Source of the DNA: Chiloscyllium plagiosum | Lineage: Eukaryota | Assembly: GCF_004010195.1 (NCBI RefSeq) | Contig: NW_025214729.1 | Coordinates: 1-50,000 of the forward strand | Direction: 5' to 3' | DNA length: 50,000 bases | Shown here: in pieces, positions 11,655 to 22,822 of the stretch | How the letters are laid out: the number at the start of each line of letters is the position of its first letter | How positions within the stretch are numbered: position 1 is the first letter of the stretch | The notes under the pieces: model-generated | Told to the model about the DNA's origin: nothing | Databases searched by the model: none | What the model saw: only the letters and a program-made list of their open reading frames with translations | Position numbers and translations under genes: made by a program

Positions 11655-12570
11655 TGTAGTGTGTCAAAGTTTTCAGATGACACTAAAATGAGTGGTAGTG
11701 CAAAGTCTGCAGAGGGCTCAAAATCTAGAGAGGGGTATAGATAGGTTAAGTGAGTGGGTAAGGATCTGGCACATGGCGTATAATGTTGGTAAGTGGAGAA
11801 TTATCCATTTTGGTAGGAATAACAGCAAAATGGACTATTAATTGTGAAAAATTGCAGCATGCTGCTATGCATAGAGACCTGGGTGTCCTTGTGCATGAAT
11901 CACAAAAAGTTGGTTTGTAGGTGCAGCAGGTCATTAAGAAGGCAGATGGAATATTGCCCTTCATTACTAGAGGGATGGAGTTTAAAAATAGGGAGATTAT
12001 GCTGCAGTTATGCATGGCACTGGTAAGGCCACCCCTGGAGTACTGTGTATAGTTTTGATCTCCTTACTTGAGAAAGGACATACTGGCACTGGAGGGGCTG
12101 CAGAGGAGGTTCACTAGGTTGATTCATGTAGTTGAGAGGGCTGGCTTATGAGGAGGGATTGAGTGAGTAGACTGGGACTGTACACATTGGAATTAAGAAT
12201 AATGAGGAGAGATCTTATAGAAACATAAAACTAAGAAGGGAATAGGTAAAAGCAGGGAAGTTGTTTCCACTGATGGGTGAGACTAGAACTAGGGGGCATA
12301 GCTTGAAAATAAGGGGGAGAACTTTTAGGATTCAGTTGAGGAGGAACAACTTCACAAAAAGGGTTGTGAATCTATGGAATTTCTTGCCTAGTGAAGCAGT
12401 TGAGGCAGTTGAATGGTTTTAAGGCAAAGACAGATGTTTGAACCCCAAAGGAATTAAGGATAATGGTGAGCAGGTGGGTAATTGAAGCTGAGTCCACAAA
12501 AAGATCAGCCGTGATCTTATTGTGGCGCAACCTCGATGGGTCAAATGGCTTTCTCCTGCTCCTATTTGTG
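11655..12570 (+). mobile_element. CR1 LINE 3' fragment (RT C-terminus and 3' UTR), decayed
   Basis: SKFSDDTK (FADD-like), RDLGVLV and LVRPPLEYCV motifs; CR1-type end GATGGGTCAAATGGCTTTCTCCTGCTCCTA. Confidence 0.88.
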
Positions 12571-12627
12571 TTTTTGCTTGTTAAATGGCTGTGAAGTTAA
12601 GTTGCTACCTGGTAAGGTGTGATCCAA

Positions 12628-12735
12628 GGGTCTTATGGTGCAGTGACATTGTCACTACCTCTGGGCCAAAAGGTCTGGGATGAAATCCCAACTCTGATAA
12701 GATGGCCAGTATATTCAGTGAAACATGGATGATCG
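12628..12735 (+). mobile_element. Short old tRNA-derived SINE (antisense relatives at ~16350-16440, 25050-25148, 40590-40692, 40945-41030)
   Basis: TGGTGCAGTG A-box-like start and GGGATGAAATCCC B-box-like motif. The antisense copies show GGGA(C/T)TTGAACC...ACTACCA. Confidence 0.5.
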
Positions 12736-13729
12736 AGGAACTCCGGTACCAGTTGAGCTGTGTACCATTGATGTCACTGCTGACAAATGAGAGCAAAAAT
12801 AGCCTTTACCCAAATCAGATTTTCCCTTTTTGTAAAGCAAGCTTGTGCACAGTCAGAACCCAAAGGTTGCTAATCCTGACCTTTCTTGAGACTTGGTTTT
12901 TGAATTGAATCCTTGCTTGGTGTGGCTCAAAAGCAAACTGAGTTCCAGGTTTAGTCATGGTCTGATCTGGGTTAACTGTTCTTAATTGAGGTTGAAGTTA
13001 GGGTATTAAAATTTGGCTGCCCACCTCTTGAGTGGATAGCATAGTACCAGCTACTCGTATAACGATTCCTACTGGAAATTGAACATTTGATTAGAGCAGA
13101 ATTGGGCTAATCTCTGACACTGCCTTGATAACTGCATTAAGAATGGCCATTTAGTTGACTGCAAAAGGGAGAGAATTTTGGCAAGTAATAGGCCACTCCC
13201 AGAATTGAAATAGCACTGCTTATCCCCATTGTCCATTGCTGACAGCATTCTTAATAAGCGTTTGTAGAATGTTGCTGTGGTCATTTTCACAGCCATTTGG
13301 CCAGTGATTCTGTAGGAAGGCCAGAAGACATCTCCACATTGGCACAGTCAGGATCATCTTTAGGAAATCATTCTAATGCAGGCTAACTGGAAGTTGGAGC
13401 CCTGACATTCTTCTGGAACACATGATTCAATGGCAACTTGCCAGATCCATAAAATGTGGTTTTTCAAATTATTCTGAATGTTTATGGACTGGATACTTTC
13501 TAAAAAAGACTACAATTAAGACTGCCCCTTAAGGCATAACGTTCACGTTACTGTGCCTGAAGGAATTATGGATTTGCATCTTGCATGTCTGTGTGTAGGT
13601 GCTTTTGTCGTAGAGGATCTATGCCCAGAGTTGAATAAACTGCTTGCCTTCTCTCCTGAGATTTTTCCATGATTTGAGAGCAAAGTGCTGAAAACTTGAC
13701 ATAAGAACAGAAAATGCGAGAATTACTTT

Positions 13730-14883
13730 GGCTTTGTGAGTGGGAAATCATGTCTTGCAAACTTGATTGAGTTTTTTGAAGAAGTAACAGAGGATTGAGG
13801 GCAGAGCGTTAGCCGTGATCTATGTAGACTTCAATAAGGTTAGATCTCACGGAATGCAGGATACAGAACTGGCTTGAAGGTAGAAGACAAAGGGTGGTGG
13901 TGGAGGGATATATTTCAGAGTGGAGGCCTGTGACCAGTGGAGTGCCGCAAAGATTGGTGCTGGGTCCACTACATTTCATTTACAGAAAAGATTTGGAAAT
14001 GAACAAAGGTATAGTTAGTATGTTTGCAGGTGACACCAAAATTGGATGTATAATGGACAGCGAAGAAGGTTACCTCAGATTACAACGGGATCTTGATCAG
14101 ATGGACCAGTGGGCTGAGAAGTGGCAGATGGAGTTTAATTTAGATAAATACGAGGTGCTGCATTTTGGGAAAGCAAATCTTAGCAGACTTCTACACTTAA
14201 TGGTAAGGTCCTGGGGAGTGTTGCTGAACAAAGAGACCTTGGAGTGGAGGTTCATAGCTCCTTGAAAGTGGAGTTGCAGGTAGATAGGATAGTGAAGAAG
14301 GCGTTTGGTATGCTTTCCTTTATTGGTCAAGATTATTGAGTACAGGAGTTGGGAGGTCACGTTGCGGCTATGCAGGACATTGGTTAGGCCACTTTTGGAA
14401 TATTGCATGCAATTCTGGTCTCCTTCCTGTCTGAACCTGAAAGGGTTCAGAAAAGATTTACAAGGATTTGAGCTATAAGGAGAAGTTGAATAGGCTGGGG
14501 CTGTTTTTCCCGGAGCGTCGGAGGCTGAGGGGTGACCGTAAAGAGGTTATAAATCATGAGGGATATGGATAAGGTAAATAGGCAAAGTCTTTTCCCTGGG
14601 GTGGGGGAGTCCAGAACTAGAGGGCATAGGTTTAGGGTGTGAGGGGAAAGATATAGAAGAGACCTAAGGGGCAACGCTTCCACGCAGCGGGTGGTGCTTG
14701 TGTGGAATGGGCTGCCACAGGAAATGCTGGAGGCTAGTACAGTTGCAGCATTTAAAAGGCATTTGGATGGGTTTATGAATAGGAAGGGTTTGGAGGGATA
14801 TGGGCCAGGTGCTGGAAGGTGGGACTAGATTTGGTGGGATCTCTGGTGGGTTGGACCGAAGGGTCTGTTTCCATTCTGTACAT
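13730..14883 (+). mobile_element. HER1/CR1 LINE 3' part (RT domain), frameshifted
   Basis: GKSCLANLIEFFEEVT, SGVPQRLVLGP, FAGDTKI, LQRDLDQMDQWAEKWQMEFN. The 3' end GGACCGAAGGGTCTGTTTCC is shared with the HE1 tails. Confidence 0.92.
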
Positions 14884-15155
14884 GAGGAGAAAGTGAGGAC
14901 TGCAGATGCTGGAGATCAGAGCTGAAAATGTGTTGCTGAAATGTGTTCCCCACTCCGGCCTATCACCGTCACCTTGACCTCCCTCCACCTATCGCAATTC
15001 CAACGCCCCTCCCCCAAGTCCCTCCTCCCTACCTTCTATCTTAGCCTGCTGGACACACTTTCCTCATTCCTGAAGAAGGGCTTATGCCCGAAACGTCGAT
15101 TCTCCTGTTCCTTGGATGCTGCCTGACTTGCGCTTTTCCAGCAACACATTTTCAT
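14884..15155 (+). mobile_element. PLE 3' fragment (family C) with an inverted terminal piece and hammerhead motif at 15066-15101
   Basis: 14884-14940 is the reverse complement and extension of the element's own 3' end. Motif CTGAAGA-AGGGC-ttat-GCCC-GAAACGTC. Inserted into the CR1 tail (ctgtacat|...|ctctatgac). Confidence 0.8.
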
Positions 15156-15165
15156 CTCTATGACC

Positions 15166-15322
15166 AAGTCAGGCATCTCTGTGGAGAGAAATAGTTAAAA
15201 GCTTCAGACCTGCAACTTTCTGTGAATAGTTCTGGTGAAAGATCGCAGGCATGATTCTATGACTTTCTTCCACAGATACTGCCTGAGCTGCTGAGTGCTT
15301 TGTCTATGTCTGTTTTTATTTC
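15166..15322. mobile_element. Degraded family A-like fold-back element
   Basis: AGGCATCTCTGTGGAGAG ... CTTCCACAGATACTGCCT inverted arms. Confidence 0.5.
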
Positions 15323-16925
15323 TGTTGCTTGTTTTAAGCAACCAGAGCCTTTACTGTAAAATCTCATCTTGCTACTCACCTAGTAGTTAAAATATGGTCG
15401 AGCTATTATCAAAATAAGCACCAAGTAAATGTTTTATGTAAATTTACAATGATTTGTATACGTCTTGTGAATTGATGGTGTAACTTGTGTACCAAATTTC
15501 CGTTGCTAGCAATTTCCTGTTTTGCTTTCTCTCAGACCTCAAAGTTGGGACCCACATGCAGCTCCAGCTTAAAGGGTTTCACGCATCAGAAGTCAGCACT
15601 TTATCCAGTTGCTTGCTCGTGTTTGTGTTGATGGGCAGTTTGGCTCTGGGCACAGCAGTAAAGTTTGTTTTCACCTAATGTACGTAAACACTTTTCTGGC
15701 AGGGATCACTGGATATAAGAACCTTTCTTAAAACTGTCTCTTTTTTTTAATTTCTAGCCTGGGAACATAAAACTAATTATTCTAATTGCAGCAACAGAGA
15801 TAACCTGACTGATATTTGGATTTGATACCCTTTAGATTGCCCAATAGGATACTATAGGACCCAATGTGTTTAATTGCCAAGCCATTGAAATAGATGCATT
15901 TAGCTGAGGCTTATCACCATTTTGCTCTGTTTTCAGTAATTCAATGCAACTGTCCATGTTTTAGCACGATGCAGCTATTTGTGATGCATGTGACGTAATC
16001 TAACTTCACTGTTCTGCTGTGTGTGTTGATTACAATGGTGAGAATTGGGGTTAATTACCAGTTTAATCAGAGCAATCGTTTGGTTCAAAATTGAAATGCA
16101 CAATTATCAGTAGTTTTTTGCTGCCAGACCCAAAGCTATTGACTTGAGCTCGGGCATAACTATACAGCTGCCAGATTTGGGTGTATATGTGAGCTATGAT
16201 CATAGGCTACAGGACAACAAAACTGCAGTGGTTAAACCTAAGCCGAGCTTGCTCATTATCTCCTTGCAATCTCTTCCTGGTTGTCACTGGCTCCGGAATG
16301 TGGATTTTCTTTCTTGCTCTCTGAGGCAGTTCTAAGTATTTTTGAATCGATCTGTTCAGACATGTTATAGTACATCTCCAGAGCTGGTGGGACCTGAACT
16401 TGGGACTTCTGGCTCAAAGATAGGGATACTACCATTGTGCAGCAAGTGTCTCTGAGGCAGCTCTACACGTAAAAGTGTCATGTCGAGGACCCATCTGAGA
16501 TCAGATAGTCAGGATTTTAGTTTATCAAATTATAGCCCTCCCAGGTGTTTTACTTTGGGTGTATTCACCAACAACTCAACATTACAGAATTCTAGTTTGC
16601 CTTGAACATTATGTTCTGAGTTCTGTGAAGTTCATTGCAACCACTTGTCTGGTGTAATTTATTCTGTAACATGCACCAACTATACCATTATTCATGTGAG
16701 GAGTGTGTAATTGTATGTTTGAATTTCTGAGGTTTGAACTTCATTTTGTGAAAGAGCTTTTTAACCATAATGACGAGAAATGGAGCAGTTACTACAGTTT
16801 AATTTGTCATGGGTTTTCGCTGGAGTGAGTCAATGAGGTGATAGGTGACTGCCATATTGAGTTTTTGTTGATTTCAATTGTTGGACATGGTTAAAAAGAG
16901 TTATTTCAAAAGGGCGCTAATCTTT

Positions 16926-17247
16926 GAGGCGGCATGGTGGCTCAGCGGTTAGCACTGCTGCCTCACTGCGACAGTGACCCAGGTTCGATTCCAGCCTCTG
17001 GTGACTCTGGAGTTTGCACATTGCTCCCTGTATCTGCATGGGCTTCCTCTGGGTGCTCCAGTTTTCTCCCACAATCCAAAGATGTGCAGGCCAAGCGAAT
17101 TGGCAATGCTAAATTGCCCATAGTGTTAGGTGCATTACTCAGCGGTAAATGTAGGGGAGTGAGTCTGGGTGGGTTATTCTTTGGAGGATCGGTATGGCCT
17201 TGTTGGGCTGAATGGCCTGTTTCCACACTCTCTAAGGAATCTAATCT
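16926..17247 (+). mobile_element. HE1 / V-SINE, more diverged copy
   Basis: tRNA head (GGTTCGATTCC), V-domain, CR1-like tail with AATCT. Confidence 0.88.
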
Positions 17248-18282
17248 TTAAAATAAAAAGTGAAAATTATGAACCATCTTGATGTTTGTCACTCACCCTT
17301 TTATTGTGTTAATGTACAATATGATCAAAATACTCTGCGATGTTTATAAGTTTTCTATAATTTGCTCAACTGGAGTTTTAATTTAAAAACAAACTGTGTA
17401 GAGTGACCAAGAGTGCATTTTGTTTTGAATGTGAAATTGTAGTATTTTAAAATTTGCCACTATTAGTTATTAGCTTCCTGCAATTTATTCAGTGTTCAAA
17501 CTGCAGATGCCCCAGGGTTAAGAGGGTAGAACTTCATTGCTTTCCATTTCAGTTCCTGTTCAGTCCCACAAATGACAGAAGCAATTACCTACCTATCAAA
17601 CTGTCTCTCTCTCTCTCTCTCGATATTATTGGAAGGCTTTTTGACTCTGGAAGTTACTCCATTTGAATCTTTGGTAGTTATTCTAGTATCACAAGCACTT
17701 TCCAGTCATGGTTGTTTCCTTTTCTGACTGTATTGCTGATGCCAATTATAGCAACTGTTATCACCCTGACTGAGTGCAGCTAGCTCAAAATGAATGTGGG
17801 AGTTAACATGGGTGCTCCTGTTTTGTACTTCATTGCTTATATCTGGGCCACTGAATGAGCTTTGAAATGTATTTTTAAAGAGTTCTGTTGTGAAAACTTC
17901 AGAAATCTCTAGTATAGGAAACAGACTAAGTAGGTGTGTACAGGGATTATTGAAACACTCAATAATATAACCAGGGATAGCACTTTGCCCACATCCTGTG
18001 CAACATGGGAAGGAACTGAGAGCAAACGGAGAAGAATCCACCCTTTGCTTTTCTTAAGAATGTATTTAAGTGGACTGAATTCTTGACTGAACAGCATTAA
18101 TTACACATCAGATTATTTTGGCTTGTATATTTGCAGTCTTCAGTAAAAAATAATACAAAGGAATCATGAAGTTAATGTGTCGACCACTGGAACTGTGTAA
18201 TGGGTTAATTAGTGTTGGAAAGAGTGGGAGCAGGTTAATATTTTAACTTGGAGGACTGACTTGGGGTTACAGTGCAGCATCA

Positions 18283-18492
18283 GAGCAAACACAATGCTGG
18301 AGAAACCCAACAGGTATGGCAGTATTTGTGGGGAGAGAGAGAAAAACTGCATTCATGTTTTGAGTTCAGTATGTTTCTGGGTTTTTGAAGAAAAGTCATA
18401 ATAGATTCAAAATGTTAACTGTGCTTCTCTTTGTACACATCTGCTAAATTTCTCCATTATCATTTAGATTTCTACCATCCACAGTATTTTGC
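18283..18492. mobile_element. Degraded family A fold-back element
   Basis: TGCTGGAGAAACCCAACAGG...TTGAAGAAAAGTCA...AAAATGTTAACTGTGCTTCTCT resembles 3645-3878. Confidence 0.5.
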
Positions 18493-19368
18493 CTTATTGT
18501 AACATCAGCATTGTGTTATGTTGTCCACTTTTCTGACTACATGAGCTAAAATGTGAAGGTTGGGTGGTGCTGATATAAAAGACAATGAATGACCAACTGT
18601 TCCAGGCAACTGACCGTGTTTGTACTCCTGGTCTCTTGGAAATGGTTTCAATGATGCAGGTAAACACTTGATACGGCATTGTATGGCTGTTAGGCATGCA
18701 ACAGATGGTTCAATGCATTAATTATTTTATTACAACTTCTCCCAATAGCTCTACAAGTAGCTGAGCTTAGTTTAATTTTCGTGCTGATGGTTGGATTCAG
18801 CTGCATTTGTAAAGGCAGGGAAGAAGAGGCAATAAAATTGGCCAAATTTTCATTTAAGTTAGAAGATGCAAGGTGTTTTGATTCTTATGAGTCTTGCTGG
18901 AAAGTGCATTTTGTGTGGATTGGTGAGTACTTAATCTGAGCCCATTTTGGTTCCCTGACTTTGGCAACAGCTATCCATGATGAATGCCTGTTTGGGCAAA
19001 ATACCCAAGAACATTGTGGAACTGGGACCCAGTAATGAGCCATCAACTTCAAAAAATATGGTGCAGGGAACGTTGGAAATAGAGGGGGGGGGGGAAAAAA
19101 AGATTTGGCTGAAGTAGTCTGCCACTGCAGTCGCTTTCTATTTTGTTTAAACTGAATCTTTAAAGGAAATGTATCTTAGTTTGGGAACAAATCTTTTTCA
19201 TATTTGTCCTCTGAGAAATTTTTAAACAGATCTGTGCACAGTGTTCCTCAGCTGTGCAAATGTTAAGGAATAGCTCATGTTGGGTTGAAGTAGAGTGTCA
19301 GTTTATTGGGATTTTGGTGCAAGTTGTTTAAAACCTTTTTATGTAATCAACTTAATTAAAATTAAAAT

Positions 19369-19654
19369 GGGCGGCACAGTGGTTAGCACTGCTGCCTCAC
19401 AGCGCAAGAGACCCGGGTTCAATTCCTGCCTCAGGCGACTCTGTGTGGAGTTTGCACGTTCTCCCCGTGACTCCGTGGGTTTCCTCCCATAATCCAAAAA
19501 TGTGCGGATTAGGTGAATTGGCCATGCTAAATTGCCCGTAGTGTTAGGTGAAGGGGTAAATGTAGGGGCATGGGTCTGGGTGGGTTGTGCTTCGGCGGGT
19601 CGGTGTGGACTTGTTGGGCTGAAGGGCCTGTTTCCACACTGAAATAAAAAAAAA
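19369..19654 (+). mobile_element. HE1 / V-SINE with A-rich tail
   Basis: Same head, V-domain and tail as the 4791 and 6459 copies. Confidence 0.9.
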
Positions 19655-19784
19655 GTCATGAATTTGTGGATGAATGGATTTGATTGTATGAAGGAAGTAC
19701 TGCTAGATTTTATAAGAAAAATTGTTAATGGCCTGCTAACAGTGCAGAGAAGCTGACTTGGGTGTAACTTTTTAAAATTCATTT

Positions 19785-20340
19785 GCAGTATGTGGGCGTC
19801 ACTGGCTGGACCAGCATTTATTGCTCACCACTTTTGTTATCGTTACATTAATATAAAAATATTGCTACTTGGGAGTTCCAGGATTTTTATCCACTGACTA
19901 TTGCTAATTCTTCACATAGTTCCAAGTTAGAATGATATTTGGCTTGGAGATGAGCTTACAAGTAGTTGTGATAAGATAGGAGAAAGTGAGGTCTGCAGAT
20001 GCTGGAGATCAGAGCTGAAAATGTGTTGCTGGAAAAGCGCAGCAGGTCAGGCTGCATCCAGGGAACAGGAGAATCGACGTTTCGGGCATAAGCTCTTCTT
20101 CAGGAATGTGATAAGATATATCTGCTACTCTTGCCCTTTCTTGATAGAGTTTGCAGATTTTGAAAATGCAGTCTAAATATCCTTGGTGAGTTGTTGTAGC
20201 GGATCTTGTCAATGGGACATGATGCTACGACTGGTATTGGTAGAGAGATTGAATGTTGGTGTTAGATGGGGTGCCATCAAATGGGTTATTTTAATTTAGG
20301 TGGTGTAGCACAACAAGTGTTGTTACAGCTCCACTCATCA
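19785..20340 (-). mobile_element. Old CR1/L2-like 3' fragment, interrupted by a PLE insertion
   Basis: GTGGGCGTCACTGGCTGGACCAGCATTTATTGC is homologous to the 10075 copy. Confidence 0.6.
19979..20106 (-). mobile_element. 128-bp PLE family C terminal fragment with hammerhead motif and 12-bp TSD
   Basis: TGTGATAAGATA at 19967-19978 and 20107-20118. The minus strand reads CTGAAGAAGAGCTTATGCCCGAAACGTC. Confidence 0.8.
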
Positions 20341-20689
20341 TTCTGATAAGTGCATTCAGATGTCAGCAAAATGAAGACGTTCTGTTTTTCACAGACTTAT
20401 TATAATTGGGATATGTTAAATTTGCACAATATGTAACATCTTGTCAACATTCTGGTTTACCTCATTCTTTTTTCCACCTCACCATATGGTTTCTGACACT
20501 TAAAATGCCTGTTGTCACAAATCTATGAACGTCCTAACATTATTGTTTCTGACTTCCGCGAGTTTCTCGAGGAGCTTTAGTAGCCATGGGTTCCCTTTCC
20601 TCAAGGAGCATCTCCTCAAAATGGTATTGTTACCAAAAGAGTTGTTTGTCATCTCACATTTTAAAGGGGCATAATTTCACATTCATTAA

Positions 20690-21022
20690 TTTGGAAGTGC
20701 ATTGGTAATAGAGCACCATTATCTGAACAAGAATCCACAAACAACCATGAGATGATATGCCCATTAGTTTCTGTGATAGAGATTTAGAAACTATAAGGAA
20801 ATTAACTAATTTCAACATTTACTTTAACCATTGGAGCTGGTAACCAACTGGTACTTCGTTTAATCCTGCATCTAAAGGATAGCAGGGCCACACATCTCAT
20901 GATACAGTACTTCCTCAATGCTGCAATAGGGTGTCATCTTGATTATGAGCCAAGTCCTGGTGTGTTGCATGAATCCATAATTTTCTGATTTTGGAAGTGA
21001 GATCGGTAATTAACTGAGCTTA
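20690..21022 (-). mobile_element. DeuSINE (SacSINE1/AmnSINE-like) relic
   Basis: CAGTACTTCCTCAATGCTGCA...TGTCATCTTGATTATGAGCCAAGTCCTGG...AACTGAGC is homologous to the 38095 copy. Confidence 0.55.
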
Positions 21023-22570
21023 ATAGATGCCCAGGTGGTTACGATATGTTGATAATTGTACAGACAGCAAAATACAACTTATACTGTGCATCATATGCAA
21101 TTAATATTATATATTGGTAATTATTGAAATTGGAAACATTTTCTGTCAATTATCACCAATCCTCCTCCCCACGACAGAGTGATCTGTTGGAATCTCGTTC
21201 CACAAGGACCTCCTGCTACACATCAAAGTGACAATTCATTTTATTGTCTTACTATGTTGTGTGTGTCAGCTATCTAATTGACTGTAGCATAATGGGAGAA
21301 GCTGATCTGATACTCATTCTGTAGGTGTACTAGCTATGACCTGGAGGAGATACCTTGCTTTGTACTTTGCCTCTTTTTGCTGAAGGGCACTGAGGCCACA
21401 GGTAGTGTTTCAACTACTACCACAGGTTAGATTGAACACATTGACTTGCAGTGCTTATTTTGTACTACAGTTAATGAATCAAAATCTTTTTTGAAGCTTT
21501 AAGAACTCATGTAGATGTCAGCATTCAAGCTAAAAATTAACTGTTAGTAGAATGAACAAAAATAGTGAATATTCTGTGTTCTTAGAATTGATGCTTTATA
21601 AGGCAAAAAAGAATGTTGTTCAGCTCAACAAACTTGTCAGTTTTTTTTTTTCCCCAGCCAGCTTCTATAGCCCCATACTTTCCATTCTCATTAATAGCCC
21701 TTCCTCAAACAACTATTCCATTTTCTTTTGAAAGAAGAAATGAACTCTGGTTCATAGAGTGAAACGTGGAAATGTCCCAGTAATGCAAAGCTTTAGCATG
21801 ACTTTAGCATGAGGGAAATGGCTTAATTCTCTGTATCTTTTTAAAAGTGGCACTCAAACTGCACACCTAGTTGTCAAATGCAAGGACCAATGGTATTGAG
21901 TCATTCAGTGAAATGGATAGGGTGTGCAGTAAATTATAGAATGAATTGTAACAATTGAAAATGAGCATATTGTCGAGTTCCTCCATCATTCTTAAAAAAA
22001 AAAGTTCTTGCCGACACTTTTTCATTTTGAGGCCTTCCATTTTGGAGCCTTTAAATCTATTCCCCTTTGCCATAAAATGATATAACTGGAATGTAATAGC
22101 AATTCAATTTGAGCTCAACGGTGACAATTTATAAAAGGAACCTTTTTTTTTAAGAGCTAAGAGAATATTTGAGCTCCTGCCCCAGCCAGGACAAAGATTA
22201 TATCTTCTGTACAGATTGTTGCGTGGCTTGAGATTTAAGTCACCTGTCCTCAGACATAAGGCTGTGAGATTCAAGATGTGCGGAGCGGATGCACTGGTAC
22301 GTCAACAGCCAAGGGTTACTTTCAGCTCGCTCCTCCACGACCCTGGAATGTTTATCAGTGTTTAGAGACGCGCCTTGGCAGTGATTCTCATGTTTTTTCA
22401 TCCTTCCTTCCCTGGTTTACCTGAATGTTAGCAGATTTTTCACACTAAGAAACGCATCTGAGAAGTTTCTAGCCTTATTGGTTGAAGTGAAATGTTTGCA
22501 GGATCCAGCATTATCAAACAATTGTTTAAAAACAGTGACAACATGTTCAGATGGGCTTCCTGCAAGGGGA

Positions 22571-22571
<1 letters not shown>

Positions 22572-22620
<49 letters not shown>
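22572..22620 (+). repeat. (CA)n microsatellite, about 24 units
   Basis: Perfect CA dinucleotide run. Confidence 0.98.
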
Positions 22621-22622
<2 letters not shown>

Positions 22623-22743
22623 CGAACAGCCTTGGGGTAGTAGCATTGTTTATCAGGGCAGTGTAGCAACTAGTTTTGAATCCAGTGCTTGATTTGTGTT
22701 TCCTCCCACTGGTTTAAAATATTGCAAGTAGGAGCAAGAACTA

Positions 22744-22822
22744 CCCCCCCCCCCCCCACCTCCCGTCTGTCTGTCCGTCTCTCTCTCTCTCCTTCCCCCC
22801 TCCCACCCCACCCCACCCCACC
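22744..22822 (+). repeat. C-rich low-complexity tract: polyC, (CT)n, (CCCCA)n
   Basis: Seen directly. G4-forming potential on the minus strand. Confidence 0.85.

Noticed and set aside
22417..22692. CV/HT-repeat ORFs
   Set aside because: Translations of the (CA)n microsatellite.
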